From the NCBI GenBank assembly GCA_004022145.1, contig RCNU01000009.1: 64,000 nt of DNA. One strand, 5' to 3'. How positions within the stretch are numbered: position 1 is the first letter of the stretch; each line of letters starts with the position of its first letter. Origin of the DNA: Paecilomyces variotii. Its lineage: Eukaryota. A program made the translations under genes and the position numbers. The notes below the pieces were generated by a model, which ran no database searches, was not told the origin of the DNA, and saw only the letters and a list, made by a program, of their open reading frames with translations. Of the stretch, positions 42,311 through 54,152 are shown piece after piece.

Positions 42311-45300
42311 CTTCCCTCGTAACGATACGGCCACGATAGCGCACTTGCGACCGTTTAACGCCATCGGTCCCCATCGTATCGACCTTGTCTAGACCATTAT
42401 GGATCGATAATGGTTACAGATGGGGAAGATGATGCAAGATTCTGCATCTGCCCTCTTATGGTGTTCCCCCATTCCGTTCTATAACTCTTCTGGTTCGAAC
42501 GCTGATCATGTTTGTTTTTATTTGGACGAAAGGGGCTTTTCCCAGAACTTGGGCAACCAATGCCGATGCAAATCTCCGACATGCAAGTGAAGATCTCCCT
42601 TCCGCGGAGATAATCGTACCCTTTCTTTTCTAATCAGGTGGATCCTTTTGCTTTAATTCTCCAAAAGAAGTTTGCGCCGGATGAAACTGCCGGTAGTTGT
42701 TCCTGATTGGGTAACCGGGCGATACTTAGAAGCGGAATATGGGGAAACCGAGCTAGCTCATTCTTTAATCTGTCGCCCGGTCCGAGCTTGATCCGGATTG
42801 CAACCTCTCTTGACATACCCATGGAGAACAGAACTCTATCATTAATTGTTGATGAGGGGTAACTTAGTAAGTAGTGGCAATGAAATGTCACTGTTGAGAT
42901 CTGAGAGGTCGATCTCCCCGATGTATGTACATACATACGATAACGATTGGGGGCGGAAACCCCCTCGATTTTTCAATCTCGACTCCACGCTCACTGTACG
43001 TATACAGGACCAGTTGGGCTATTATGCAGTTACGTATCTCGATTTTGTAGATCAAAGAGGCACAGCTAAGCATTTGTACATGCGTCATTCCCACGTACCC
43101 ATATACCCCCATATCATGAAGACGTTTCTTCACAGGTGACTGTTTATAAGGAGCACTAAGTAGTCTGGCCTGTAAATGTTATCTTTCTTATATTAACACC
43201 GCCTTATACAATCTTGCTACATACAAAGAATCCAGCTCAGTAGTATTTTCTTCAAGTTGCGCCGTCTAAGTAATAGTGATCCCCAAAAGAAGTATATATT
43301 AGATGCAATAGTCGGTCGATTTACGCAAGAAATCCAAACCATCCTACCGGGCGTATGAGTAATAGATTATATAACATTCAACTCAAGTATCATAAATACT
43401 CCTATCCTGCAATATATCAAATATAACATCTAAGATTTACCATCTATATCTCCCTCGTACCTTCACGGTACTATACGGTATGCACGAGGCCTTATTGATC
43501 AACAACCGTAGCAACTAATCACAGGCATTCTAATAGCATGTATAGATATCTACTGTACAATACATATCCTGGATTCTTTCTACTCCAGACGTAGAAATAT
43601 ACCTTGAAAATCCTTTTCTTCACTCGTACCACCGCCGATCTACGTAGTACATAGTTGCCTTTCAGATCTTCCCCTTCCCCTTGTCCTTGCCCTGTCTCCT
43701 TTCTCCCCTTGCATATTACGGTATACAGCATACGCAAACGGTAACAATCCATACAACCCCCCAAATAACCTCCCACTAGCTTACCCGGCCGACAGTCCCC
43801 TTCCCTTCCTTCGGCCACCAAACCCGATGCGGAGTACCGTTCTCATACTCTCCCTTGTCTAAATAGAAACTTATCAACGTACAAGTTAATAACTAACTAA
43901 TTAATTTTGCCAGCTTAATAATAAGCAGAGAGCAACGAACATCGCATAGCCAACCCACATACCATATCTACGCTACGGCATATGTTACCGTGCCGCGTCT
44001 CGTATCATTTCTTGTTTGTTCTTCTTCTTCGTTTCTTTTTTTTCTTTTTTCTTTTTATGGGGTAATAGCAGTAGTTTCCCAAGTTTCCACCTTCTTGGTA
44101 GTTGGTACCTGATCGATCTTCAACCCCCCTCCCCCCTCACCTCTTGCTAACCCGTTAGACACCCCGGGCGGAGGACTCCCGACCGGGATCTTTTTCCACA
44201 AGCCCTGCATGCCGGTTAATGGGTCGGGGAGGAAGCCACGCAGTTCAGGGTTTGAATTTTAATTCCCAGGAGTTGGGAATAGGACCCGCCGGTTCGGATA
44301 GTCTCTTTTTTACGTGGATAATAAGGTAGGACGGGTAGTGATGTGTAAAATAAGTGCCGGGATTGGATTTTCTTTTTCTTTTTCTTTTTCTTTTCCTTTC
44401 GGACATGATGATTGTATTCCTGAGGCAGAGAGTTGTGTTGCATAGGCTAGAGTAAAGAAGACACGAAGAATTAGTCCGTAAGCATGGAAATAATCTCCTG
44501 CATGATTGACTGGTTGCACGGTATATAAATCACCAGTGAAATAGTGCACTATTCATAGAAAGTATAGAAGGTAGTCGAAAGCACTAACTAGACGCCCAAG
44601 GATAAAATAAGCTTAAACGCTTTTTTTAAGCTTATCAAAGAAGTCCGATATTGGAAAACAACGACCCCCAAAAATCAATCATGTTGCTAGAAAGCTAGAC
44701 TAGATCCCTTATCGAAGTTGGATTCTACTAAGCAAAAGCTCTAACTAAGTAGGTATGCAGGTCTTCTATAATTAAAGAAAGCTATAGTTGCTTTTAACAT
44801 CCGCCACTATCAACTACTAATAATACATCGCGTACCTGGAAGGGATACCACTGGAAGGTGTAAGAAGTATGAATGTCTGCTATTAAGATGTGTAAAATAG
44901 GCTATTGTAATTATTAGATATTAATCTCTATTGAAATGAGTATTTGCTCATTCTTGTGACATCCATATAGTGACAAATTTTATATATTTTCTATACTAGT
45001 GATGTTGGCGTACAAAGTAAACGCCAGGTGATCTGCAATCACCCGTCTACAGCAGGTTCCTGGATGGAACTGGATCGAACGTACTAGATTACAAGGATCT
45101 AGATTCTTTGTATGCTAAAGATAAATATGGGATCAAATCCCCCCAGATCTAGATTCAAGCACGCAATTCAGATTCTGCTTCCGTGCTAAAGGATTCAACA
45201 AGTTACCAGGTAAGCAACCACGACTCACTAAAGACATGTACAACGAAAGAAATTCCAACATAATGTCCTTCGCTCAGCTATCTCTAACGATCTATTTGGA

Positions 45301-46286
45301 AGCCACTTTAAATCATATAAAAAGACCCCGCAGAGGTGTAGAAAGAGCATATGCGGAGTATTACCTAATGAACATGAACCTGGAACAAGGCATCGAGAGT
45401 ATTTAATACTATGTAAAGGCCAGCATCGTATACACAATCTGTAATCTGCAACGAAAGTGCCTTCAGAAAGTTTGAGATCAGTGCATCAATAACAGATACC
45501 ATTTCCGATGGTTAGCAGGCCGTTACTTACGCTCTGGCACTCAAGGTTTTTGATAATTTTTTCCAATGTTGGCACCAAGGCTCTTACAACGAACTACCCA
45601 GTTTGAAATGAGCACCACGAAGTGACATCTCTCTCCGGGCTAAACAACCTCTCAGTAATACTGACCGATATGTCGTAACTACAAACTTCTAAGACGGTAT
45701 TACTTCATGGTGGTTCAGTGTATATATTATCCATCGCCTGTTATCTGTACTTAGCGCCATGTAATGTCATACAGTAATGTCAACTGCATCTCCACGAAAA
45801 CCACCCGAGACTCCTGGACGCCACCGATGAGATACCCAGAGGATATTAGAGGTATCGACCGACAATAAGAAAACCCCGTATACATAGAAGTTGAGCACAA
45901 CCCGAAGACCCTTTAGAATCATGAATCGTATCCCTTGTCTTTGAAGTTTGACTTCGCTGTCCAAAGGAGAAAACAAAAAGGAGTGGACAACGCCCGGTAT
46001 AGATGTATGGTATCATGGCGGGACACATGGAAAAACAACCAAAGAACGAGTCTCTTCGAAGTAAGCCCGAGGGCAACCGCAATACCTGAGACAAGACCGC
46101 AGTAGTAGTAGGACGAAAGCCCCTGCAGTGGTGACGCCATGCTGTGTCCCATCGAAGACGCAATAGTGAAAATGCTAGGGTTCGAAGGGCAAGTCAAGAA
46201 GTGCTTGCTCCGCTGGCATGACATGGCATGTCAGATAAATGCGTCGATCCCGTACCGAGACATATAGTTGCTATCCAAGCACAATA

Positions 46287-48887
46287 TTAACGGGAAATTA
46301 TTAAGGAGAAGCCGTCAACCCAAGCTCCGCATGACCCCGAAACTCCGACTATCCGAAAGCCACGGGGTGGTATCAAAGTATGCCTTCACGGTGTTAGTCT
46401 GCCAATTATCCGGGTTAAGAACCTGAGGGATAAGAAGTCCTTGTACATACCCTGATCCGCCCCTGGCATTACCAAACACGCCTGACTTTCTTCCCAGGCT
46501 GGTGAGTATTTCGATGCCATCAATCCAGAGACCAGCTCTAACGTAGAAACCGAGTATACTCTCTCCACGACGTGTGTCTGCTAACCGCTTAGTCGCAAAT
46601 AAGAAAAAGAAAATTTCCATCAACTAGACATACCGAGCACGAATTCATCACCACCTGGCTTTCCCCCTCTCTTTCCAAACAGCTGGCTGGTGCGATCTTC
46701 ATAGCAGAATTCGATACCATCCAACGCATACCCGTGGTAGATCTTTACGGACGTTAACAACTTCGTCTGTTTAGCGCATTCCAGAATGATTTCTTGTGGT
46801 TGAGTGCCATCCATCTGGGAGAAGCCCAGTTTGCTGCCCTTATATCCGGGCTGCCCATTAGGTAGCTTCACCAAGGAATGTTTCGACTTTAGTGCCCCCA
46901 GATCATGCACAGTATGTCTGCCAAGTCCACCAGAGAAAATCTCCAACCTTATCGCCTTCTTTTTCTTCTCTTCAGGAACACGCTGTCGTAGCTCACCTTC
47001 CGTGATCGTGACCTGCTTGGATATGGGGCAGTTGCCCGTTTCACCATTCACAAATTCGATAAAAGAGTGACAGGTGTCATCACCCTCTGCATAAATCTCC
47101 AAAAACGCAACACCGGAAGCTGCAGTAATCAGGATCTTCCCGTTATCGACCGGCCAAACTTGGACACTGTCGTCATAGCTGCAGGGAGCGTCACTCGGTA
47201 ACCGGAAGGAGGGATGGAATCGGAAACGCAAGGCGTCGAGTCGATGCCACGCACACTCATCAGCAGGCAGACAGACCTTCAATCCCTGGGACTTTGTGCG
47301 AGTGGAAAACGACTCGCGAATGCTAAATGTTCTGTTGAGTCGAACGTAATCACGAAGCATTACACCGGACTCTTGGTGAGGGCATCCGAAGAGATGACCG
47401 ACCTCGTGGAGGTGGGCTCCTATACCGATATTGGCAGCTTCCCAGTTACTGCCGGATTCACCGCAGTCATTGGCCACATAGTTTGTATCTGTTCGAGTAC
47501 AATCCGTGAATGCACTGACAACCTCTTCCATGCAGGAAGGATAGCTCTGTAGATTGTGAGAGCCGAAAATAGCCATCTTAATCTCACCTCCAGCTGAACC
47601 AAGAGCCGCGTGTCCTGTGATTGTCTGAGCATTCTTATCCCAATGGGCGTCTAGGAGCAAGACAGAAACATAACGCTTCTGTCCTGGCTGGACCCTGAAA
47701 TAATCGCGCACCGCGTCTTTGGCGATATTGAAGAGCTCGTCCTTTCTAGTCGCAGGACCGTACTGCTGCGCAATGTTTAGGTCCCTCAATTCCGCCACCG
47801 TCTTCTGGGTTCGCACTATATGAATTCTCGCTTCATTCCTCATCTGGCCAGACTCCGCGTCGCGGCAACTAATAGTTCCGGGCTGAAACTCCTCTTCGAA
47901 TCGGAAACATCGTCTTCCGAAATTGTTTCGAAACATCTGTTCCCCAGTGAATGCTTGCCACAGATAAGCAGCCATACGGTACTTTCGGATAGCCGTCTCG
48001 AGCCCATTGCCCTCCCTCTGTATCCTCTCTGGGACAGCGTCAAAAGTACCGTTTGAATCCTTTCCCATAAGAATCACCAAGTCCAGTGGGGGCGTATTCA
48101 CCAATGGAAGGTAATTGATACTCATCCAGGAGGAATGAGCAGCTCCAGCGGATAGCTTAGGTGTCGTAAAATCAAATCGCAGCCTGTTGGGCCCAGGCAC
48201 CAGATGAACAAGGGCCTTGAAATGCGATTCCGAAACCGGCCAGCTTGTTGCAGGGAACGTATCCTGGTTATGATAGACCGTCAAGGTCCCGTCCAGCACG
48301 TGCTGCCTGGGGTCTGCGATTTGGCCATAGATCAGTAGGACCTTTTGGTGCACCTGGTGCAATCATTTCAGTCAGCATCGCCCCTTAAGTTGATTATCCG
48401 TCCATCATGGACGTGAAGCGCAGTTCGTACCCATGAGTTTTCTGAAATGGAAAGAATTCTCGGAGCGTAAGGAGAGCTCGGAGGAGGCGATCTCCAGGTT
48501 CCATTGCTGCTGAATGAGCCGCCGGTCTGCTACCACCTCGTTAGCACTACCCCTTGCAGACCGCTTCCGGTCGCACGTTTAGGTGCAGGGTTCGCTGGAT
48601 ATGCTTACGGCATTGTTCCTGGTCGATTGAGATGTGAGCGGTACTGGACGTTGCGGAAGAGGCGAGGCAGCAATCGAAGCATTGGTATTACTGCTGGTCT
48701 GGCTCAATGCGGGAAGATTTTGAGAGGACAGATCGGGCTTGATGGATGATGGAGGCGTCGAGCTGGACGACGTCTCGATAGTCGAAGAGGATTTTCCCGA
48801 GGCCATGTCTCCATTGGACTGTTCGCTGGAGGCGTTAGTCCGAAAGCTGGCCTTTGATCGCCGTCGCAGTTCCTTGAAGATGGACAT
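46287..48887 (-). CDS. Putative zinc metallopeptidase with C-terminal jacalin-like domain (YIL108W-like), multi-exon
   Basis: YAPRILSISENSW-VHQKVLLIYG, AYLWQAFTGEQM, GHAALG, zinc motif AHLHEVGHLFGCPH, and a jacalin-like tail ALDGIEF...RAGLWIDGIEILTS...GSCGAWVDGFSLIISR*. Confidence 0.87.
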
Positions 48888-51528
48888 GTCGACTATTTAG
48901 ACGCCGGACTACCGCCCTGCACTTGGATCATTTGACGAGGACGATGGAATCGTGACTCTCTGCTTTCCCAGCGTGCGCCACAGGTAAGGAACGGCAGGTA
49001 CCTTTCAAGGCACACGGCGGAACGAAGGGGCAGGCCTGACAATCTTGTGGTGGAAAGCGATCGCAAACCGGTCGCAGTTGACGAAGGAAAGCAGCCAAAT
49101 TCCCACCGAAGGTTGGACAAGGAAAGACGGCACCCAGCAATAAAGAACGACAAGGGAAATAAAAGAAAAGAAGATGTGAAAGCAAAAGGGAAAATACGAG
49201 ACAGAAATCAGGGAAAAGGATCAGGAGCAATGAGCTGGAGATTCGAGTGAACACTGGTGGGTCATGAGCCGGGGAGCGCGATCAGTTAATTGTACAGAAC
49301 TGCTAACTAACGACATACTACTACGTCGTCTCTGCTTGGATAGCTAATAAGAATAATTCTGACACGGGAGTGTCTACGTAGACCCAGATTCCACAGGCCA
49401 ACGAGAGTCTTAGCATCCGGTTATCATCTCGTGGATTGCAACCACCGAGATATGTGGCCGTCAGCGCAGGCCGCTCCAGAGTCCAGGGAGGCCACCTTGT
49501 TTCACGGCACCATTCCTGCGGGGGAGTCCATCAACCTGGAGATCCTGACGATCGACTCCAGACGTTTCTATTTCTGCTTCTCGAGTCCGGAGGTCTGCTC
49601 ATCCAGCAAGATATATCTGTTGTGATCTTTCCAACTACGGGAAGCCGGGGGCTTGAGCTTCTCGACGGCATGACTGCAGTGACGTGCAGCTTCACAATTC
49701 ACACCCTCCGGCACGACGGTGGCCGGGATGGCGGCTATAACTCTGTGATAGGACCGTGCGAAATGGATTCTTAACCCCATCTTGTTCAGAGATGCTAATA
49801 ATAATACGTCTGGTCCAGCTCAAACAAGCCGTCTGTCGGGCATGGCATCTCAGTGCTACTGCGCCAAGGTGAGATCGATCGTCGCTTGATGCCAATAATA
49901 ATAATGGCCAGGTTTGGTTCTTAACTAAGTAGCCACTAAGTACCGCGCCCCGCTCGAGCTCCTCTAGAGTTGATGCTAAAGCTATCTAATGCGAAATCGA
50001 ATCCTCCTGCCAAGGGTCCTGTCATCGAGAATCTGCCAGAAGCGCATTGGACATCGTGCTTGGAAGACGTTGTCCGCGCGTACTGTACGGAGAGGACGGC
50101 TGTCTCAGTTCGCATTCGAAGGACAGAAAGATCCGGCATCGATATTATTTATTATCATTCTCCATCAAGTTAACTAACTACTGTAACACGGATGAGAAAG
50201 CACGGACTTCCCAGATAGTTAAGTGAGTACTTATAGCCATTGAGCTTCCGTCCCGAACTGACAATCCCTCGGATACCTTAGGACGCGTAACCGGGAATGT
50301 GAGGACTCTCCTCTTGCACCTTGATCCCGGACTCACCAAGTTGAACAGGGTATCTACTAGACTTATCTTCAAGTTGACCATCACGGACGACAACCCTACA
50401 GTGCAGATGCAAGGATCGAGTGATTGTCAAGATAGTCGCGAGTCCCCAATTTTTATTATTTATCGAGAGGAGCCCTTCTTGTTTCGAATCCCCTTCTGAT
50501 ATAATCACTCTACCCTACTTCCACATAGCAAACAAAAGGGAACCAGCATACACAAAGGGATCGTATCTATCCAGCGATGAGTGGACTACCATACAGATCG
50601 CATCGTCCTACCTGAGATGAACTGCAGGGATCGCTGACAAAGGGGGATTGTGGGTCCTGATTAACTATTATTATGTCCTGATTTTCTGAACAGCTTGAGG
50701 GCGCTGGCTTTTTTAAGGTTGGTTGCAAGGGCAGCAGTGCTGGCATGGAGTCGCTGTGGAGATATAGATGGATAGTTAGAAGAATAGGATAGGATAGGAT
50801 AACCAGAACAGCGAGAGTATGCTTAAGTACTGTACTGCGCTCTCCAACTTAACTATGCCCGTAGAATGATCCATTCTCTCTCATCGTCAACACAGTGTCG
50901 ACTCTGAAAGCATGCTATCTAGTGTCTGTTGTATGCTTCTGGACGGGATAATCAATGACGTGGAAATCGCATGGTCGACCTAGGCTGGCTGTAGACTTGA
51001 TAAATCCGGCACGAATGAGGCCCTAAGATCCTAAGTAGCGATAGCCCTGAGAAAAGGGCTGAAACGGAGCGTCGAGCAGCGAGTCAGGGCCCATTCCGGC
51101 CGCGATGGCTGAGGAGACGGCGCCCGGATTCTGGCCCGGCGTGTTGCTCGCTTTGGCTCCAGGTCCCACCACTGCTGGATTCTGCCTCAGCCTTTCTCTC
51201 TCGTCTCTCCAGTCAATCTCAAAGAGCTTTCATACATTTTCTTTGCAGACTTCTGATACCACCGTGCAGGTCGGGTCTGGTGTTTTTTTTTCTCGTGCAG
51301 CTACGGGCCTTGTCCGGTCCTTCTCATTGCATTCATTTGGGGTCCTCCCCGTCTGCTATTCTTCGCACGGATCCAATCCGGTCTTCCTCCCTTGAATCAC
51401 GACGGATCCTTCCACTCGCGTGCATCTTGCAGTTGACGACTCTGGGAGCTGCCGTCTGAAGTGACAGGATACAAAGCAATTCTGGTTCCGGATGTTCTTG
51501 AATTGATTTACGTTTAATCGAGTCCACC

Positions 51529-52710
51529 ATGCCTCTGTCCAGCCCACGCAGTTCAGCTGAGAGAACACTCCGCAAAATTGACATTGCTCAGGTAGGATCT
51601 GTTTGATGGAATATTATACCAGCTACGCCCAGCAGGTCCCTCCAGAACCCCTCCTTTCTGGTGCTGACGAATTCTTCTCTTGAATAGGTATCCCTTAGTC
51701 TTCAGGATCGCCTAGGCCTTGCCAAAGTCAAATATCAAAATGGCCGTCTGCGTGCCCTGGGCACCCATGGTCAGAACGAAGATGTCCGGACTGGCTTTCC
51801 CACGAGCGACAGACCGTCCGATTCCTCATCCGAAATTATACAAAACGGTTATGAGACGCCGCTAACCTCGCCTCCCCTGGGATCCTCGCTTTTCACAAAG
51901 GAATTGCCTAGGTCAGCGAGAAACAGACACGCAGCGACCTTCAATCCTGGAGCGATGCACCCCATGCTGACTGCCAGTCGAAAGCGGGTGCGGTCGAACT
52001 CGATAACGGACCGTCCTGTGAAAATGGCTCGGGTCTCGTGGAAAAGTTCTCATCGGCTACCGGAGTCATCTCCAGGGTTCAACCGTCCCCGGTCCATGTA
52101 TACCAGTCACGCTTCCTTTGTCTCGGACGCTCCGACGATCCCCGAGCTTTCGTCGCCAGGTTGCCATAACCACTCCGACGATGACAACGATCCAGATCTC
52201 CCTGCACACAGTTTTCAGAACGTCAGTTCGTCGATGATCAGCTCTTCGCCTCCGCGCACCCCACCTCCTAACCATTCTCGCCTGACGCGGGCCGACAAGG
52301 CTTTGCAACGAGAGGACGGGGCAGATCTGCTCCTCTATCTGGCAAATTCTCCAACGCCCGCCGCGATCAGCAATAAGATGCAAAACCGCGACGTTTTACC
52401 GTCGACTCCGCCCAGCCAACACGCAATGCTGCCGTCGTTGACCCCTACACCGGGCGGCGGTCTCTTCGCCAACTTCGGCACGCCCAATCAGCAGTTCAAT
52501 TTTGCGGATTTCGTCAATGTCACGCCCAGCCCAGCCCAGGTCCCCTGGGGTGGGAGAACACCAGGCGGTCCATCAAGGACACCACTCGCGGCCAAGGACG
52601 CTAGAAAGAGACTGAACTTCGACAATCTGCCTCCTCCTAATGTGGACAGCCCGGGAAAGGGCAAAGATTCCGGCCTCGCTTTGCAGCTAGGTGGAGAGCT
52701 GCGGCCATGA
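51529..52710 (+). CDS. Whi5/Stb1-like G1/S transcriptional regulator
   Basis: Intron 51592-51687; GTB-like motif SLQDRLGLAKVKYQNG, EDGADLLLYLANSP, FNFADFVNVTPSP and many S/T-P sites. Confidence 0.7.
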
Positions 52711-54152
52711 AATCGTTTATTTTATCAGGATGACATCCGCATCCTCTTTTCCTTATGTGTCTCCCCTTTTCCTTTGTCTAGCAATCACATTTCTGCCACG
52801 ACCCCTTGATGATGTACGATGTGCGTACGATATGGGATTCTATAGCAATCCTCATTGTCAGCTCTTCCCTTAACCTTCCTCCCCCAATGCATCTGCACCA
52901 CGGCGCTCTCGTCATTTTCCAAAGCATTATTTCGTGTGTTTGATTCCTCTCTCATCGATATTACATCCGACCCCTGTCCATACACTCCAATTTTTTTTTT
53001 TATTCCTTTCCTCTGTTTGGCTACGGTCCATACGTCGACGTCTCCTTGTTATCCAGCACCGCAACACCACGATTCTCCCTTGGTTTTTCCTTTTTTTTCC
53101 CTTTTCATTACGTTTCCTTTCCAGCAAATATGGGACTTTTCCGAAGAGAATGGTCCAGATCATGGTTATGCATATGGGATGGATATGGTTGCTACGGCGA
53201 TGGGTGGAATGCAAGTGGGTTGGGTACATACCCCACGCAGGAGAGAAAAAAAATGACTTTTTTTTTCCTTTTTTTTATTCTTTATCTAATCCCGCTTTCC
53301 TTTTTTTCATTTCCCGTTGCTCCTCAGTGAAGCAGTTTTCGGGCACATTGCATGTAAGGGTTTCGGTGGATGGATACCACAGACCAAATTACCTTGGTTC
53401 AGATCACACAAACCTTCAAATTCACGGCTCCTGAAATCAGGACGTCTTTTATAGCTACCATCTTCACTTTATAATTCCAATAACGCCAAAATATACACAG
53501 TATACTACAATTGACCCCCCTCTCGCCCCCCATTGCCCGAAGCCGCGAGGACTTACCTTCTGTGCGCGGCCAAAACTGCAATATTTTTCTTTTGAAGCGG
53601 GGTTCTTTGGGCCCGACGCGTCTGAGTTCGTGTCGTGTCGTTTTCGCGTTAGCACTATCGTCGCAAACGGACTAGGGCCATGCGAAGCTGTGTTGGCGGT
53701 GGGCCCTGGCTGCCTTGGGCTGAACTCTATCCTGCCAATGGGGATTTTTCTTTTTGGTTTTTGTCTAATTTTAGGGCGGGAGAGGGGATGACGTAGGGCA
53801 TTTGAGGGTGGTCTTGGCGCTAGAGGTGGGATGATCGATTCTGGCGAGACGGGTTATTATCATGGGAAGTGGTCTTTGTAGAGTGGTTATTTTGGTTAAT
53901 TAGGGGGTAATAGTCGATTGTGTAGGTATATGCATATACATATATCCTTTTGGCTGGTATTATGTAGATGAGGTCGTAGATACATATATATGTGTGTATA
54001 TATATGTACAATGTTCGTTAGGCCCAAGGACATAATGCAGCACCCAACGTTTCTTGCAAAAGAGGCATAAGATAATGAAAATTACCGCTCTACTCTAGAG
54101 TACGTTTCCAAGGAGGAATTCCACTAGAATATCCAAGCGAAGCTCCCCACGG

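Noticed and set aside
36230-43821. Numerous 60-175 aa ORFs in the long intergenic region
   Set aside because: Overlapping on both strands, often GTG/TTG starts, no motifs or consistent exon structure; expected by chance.
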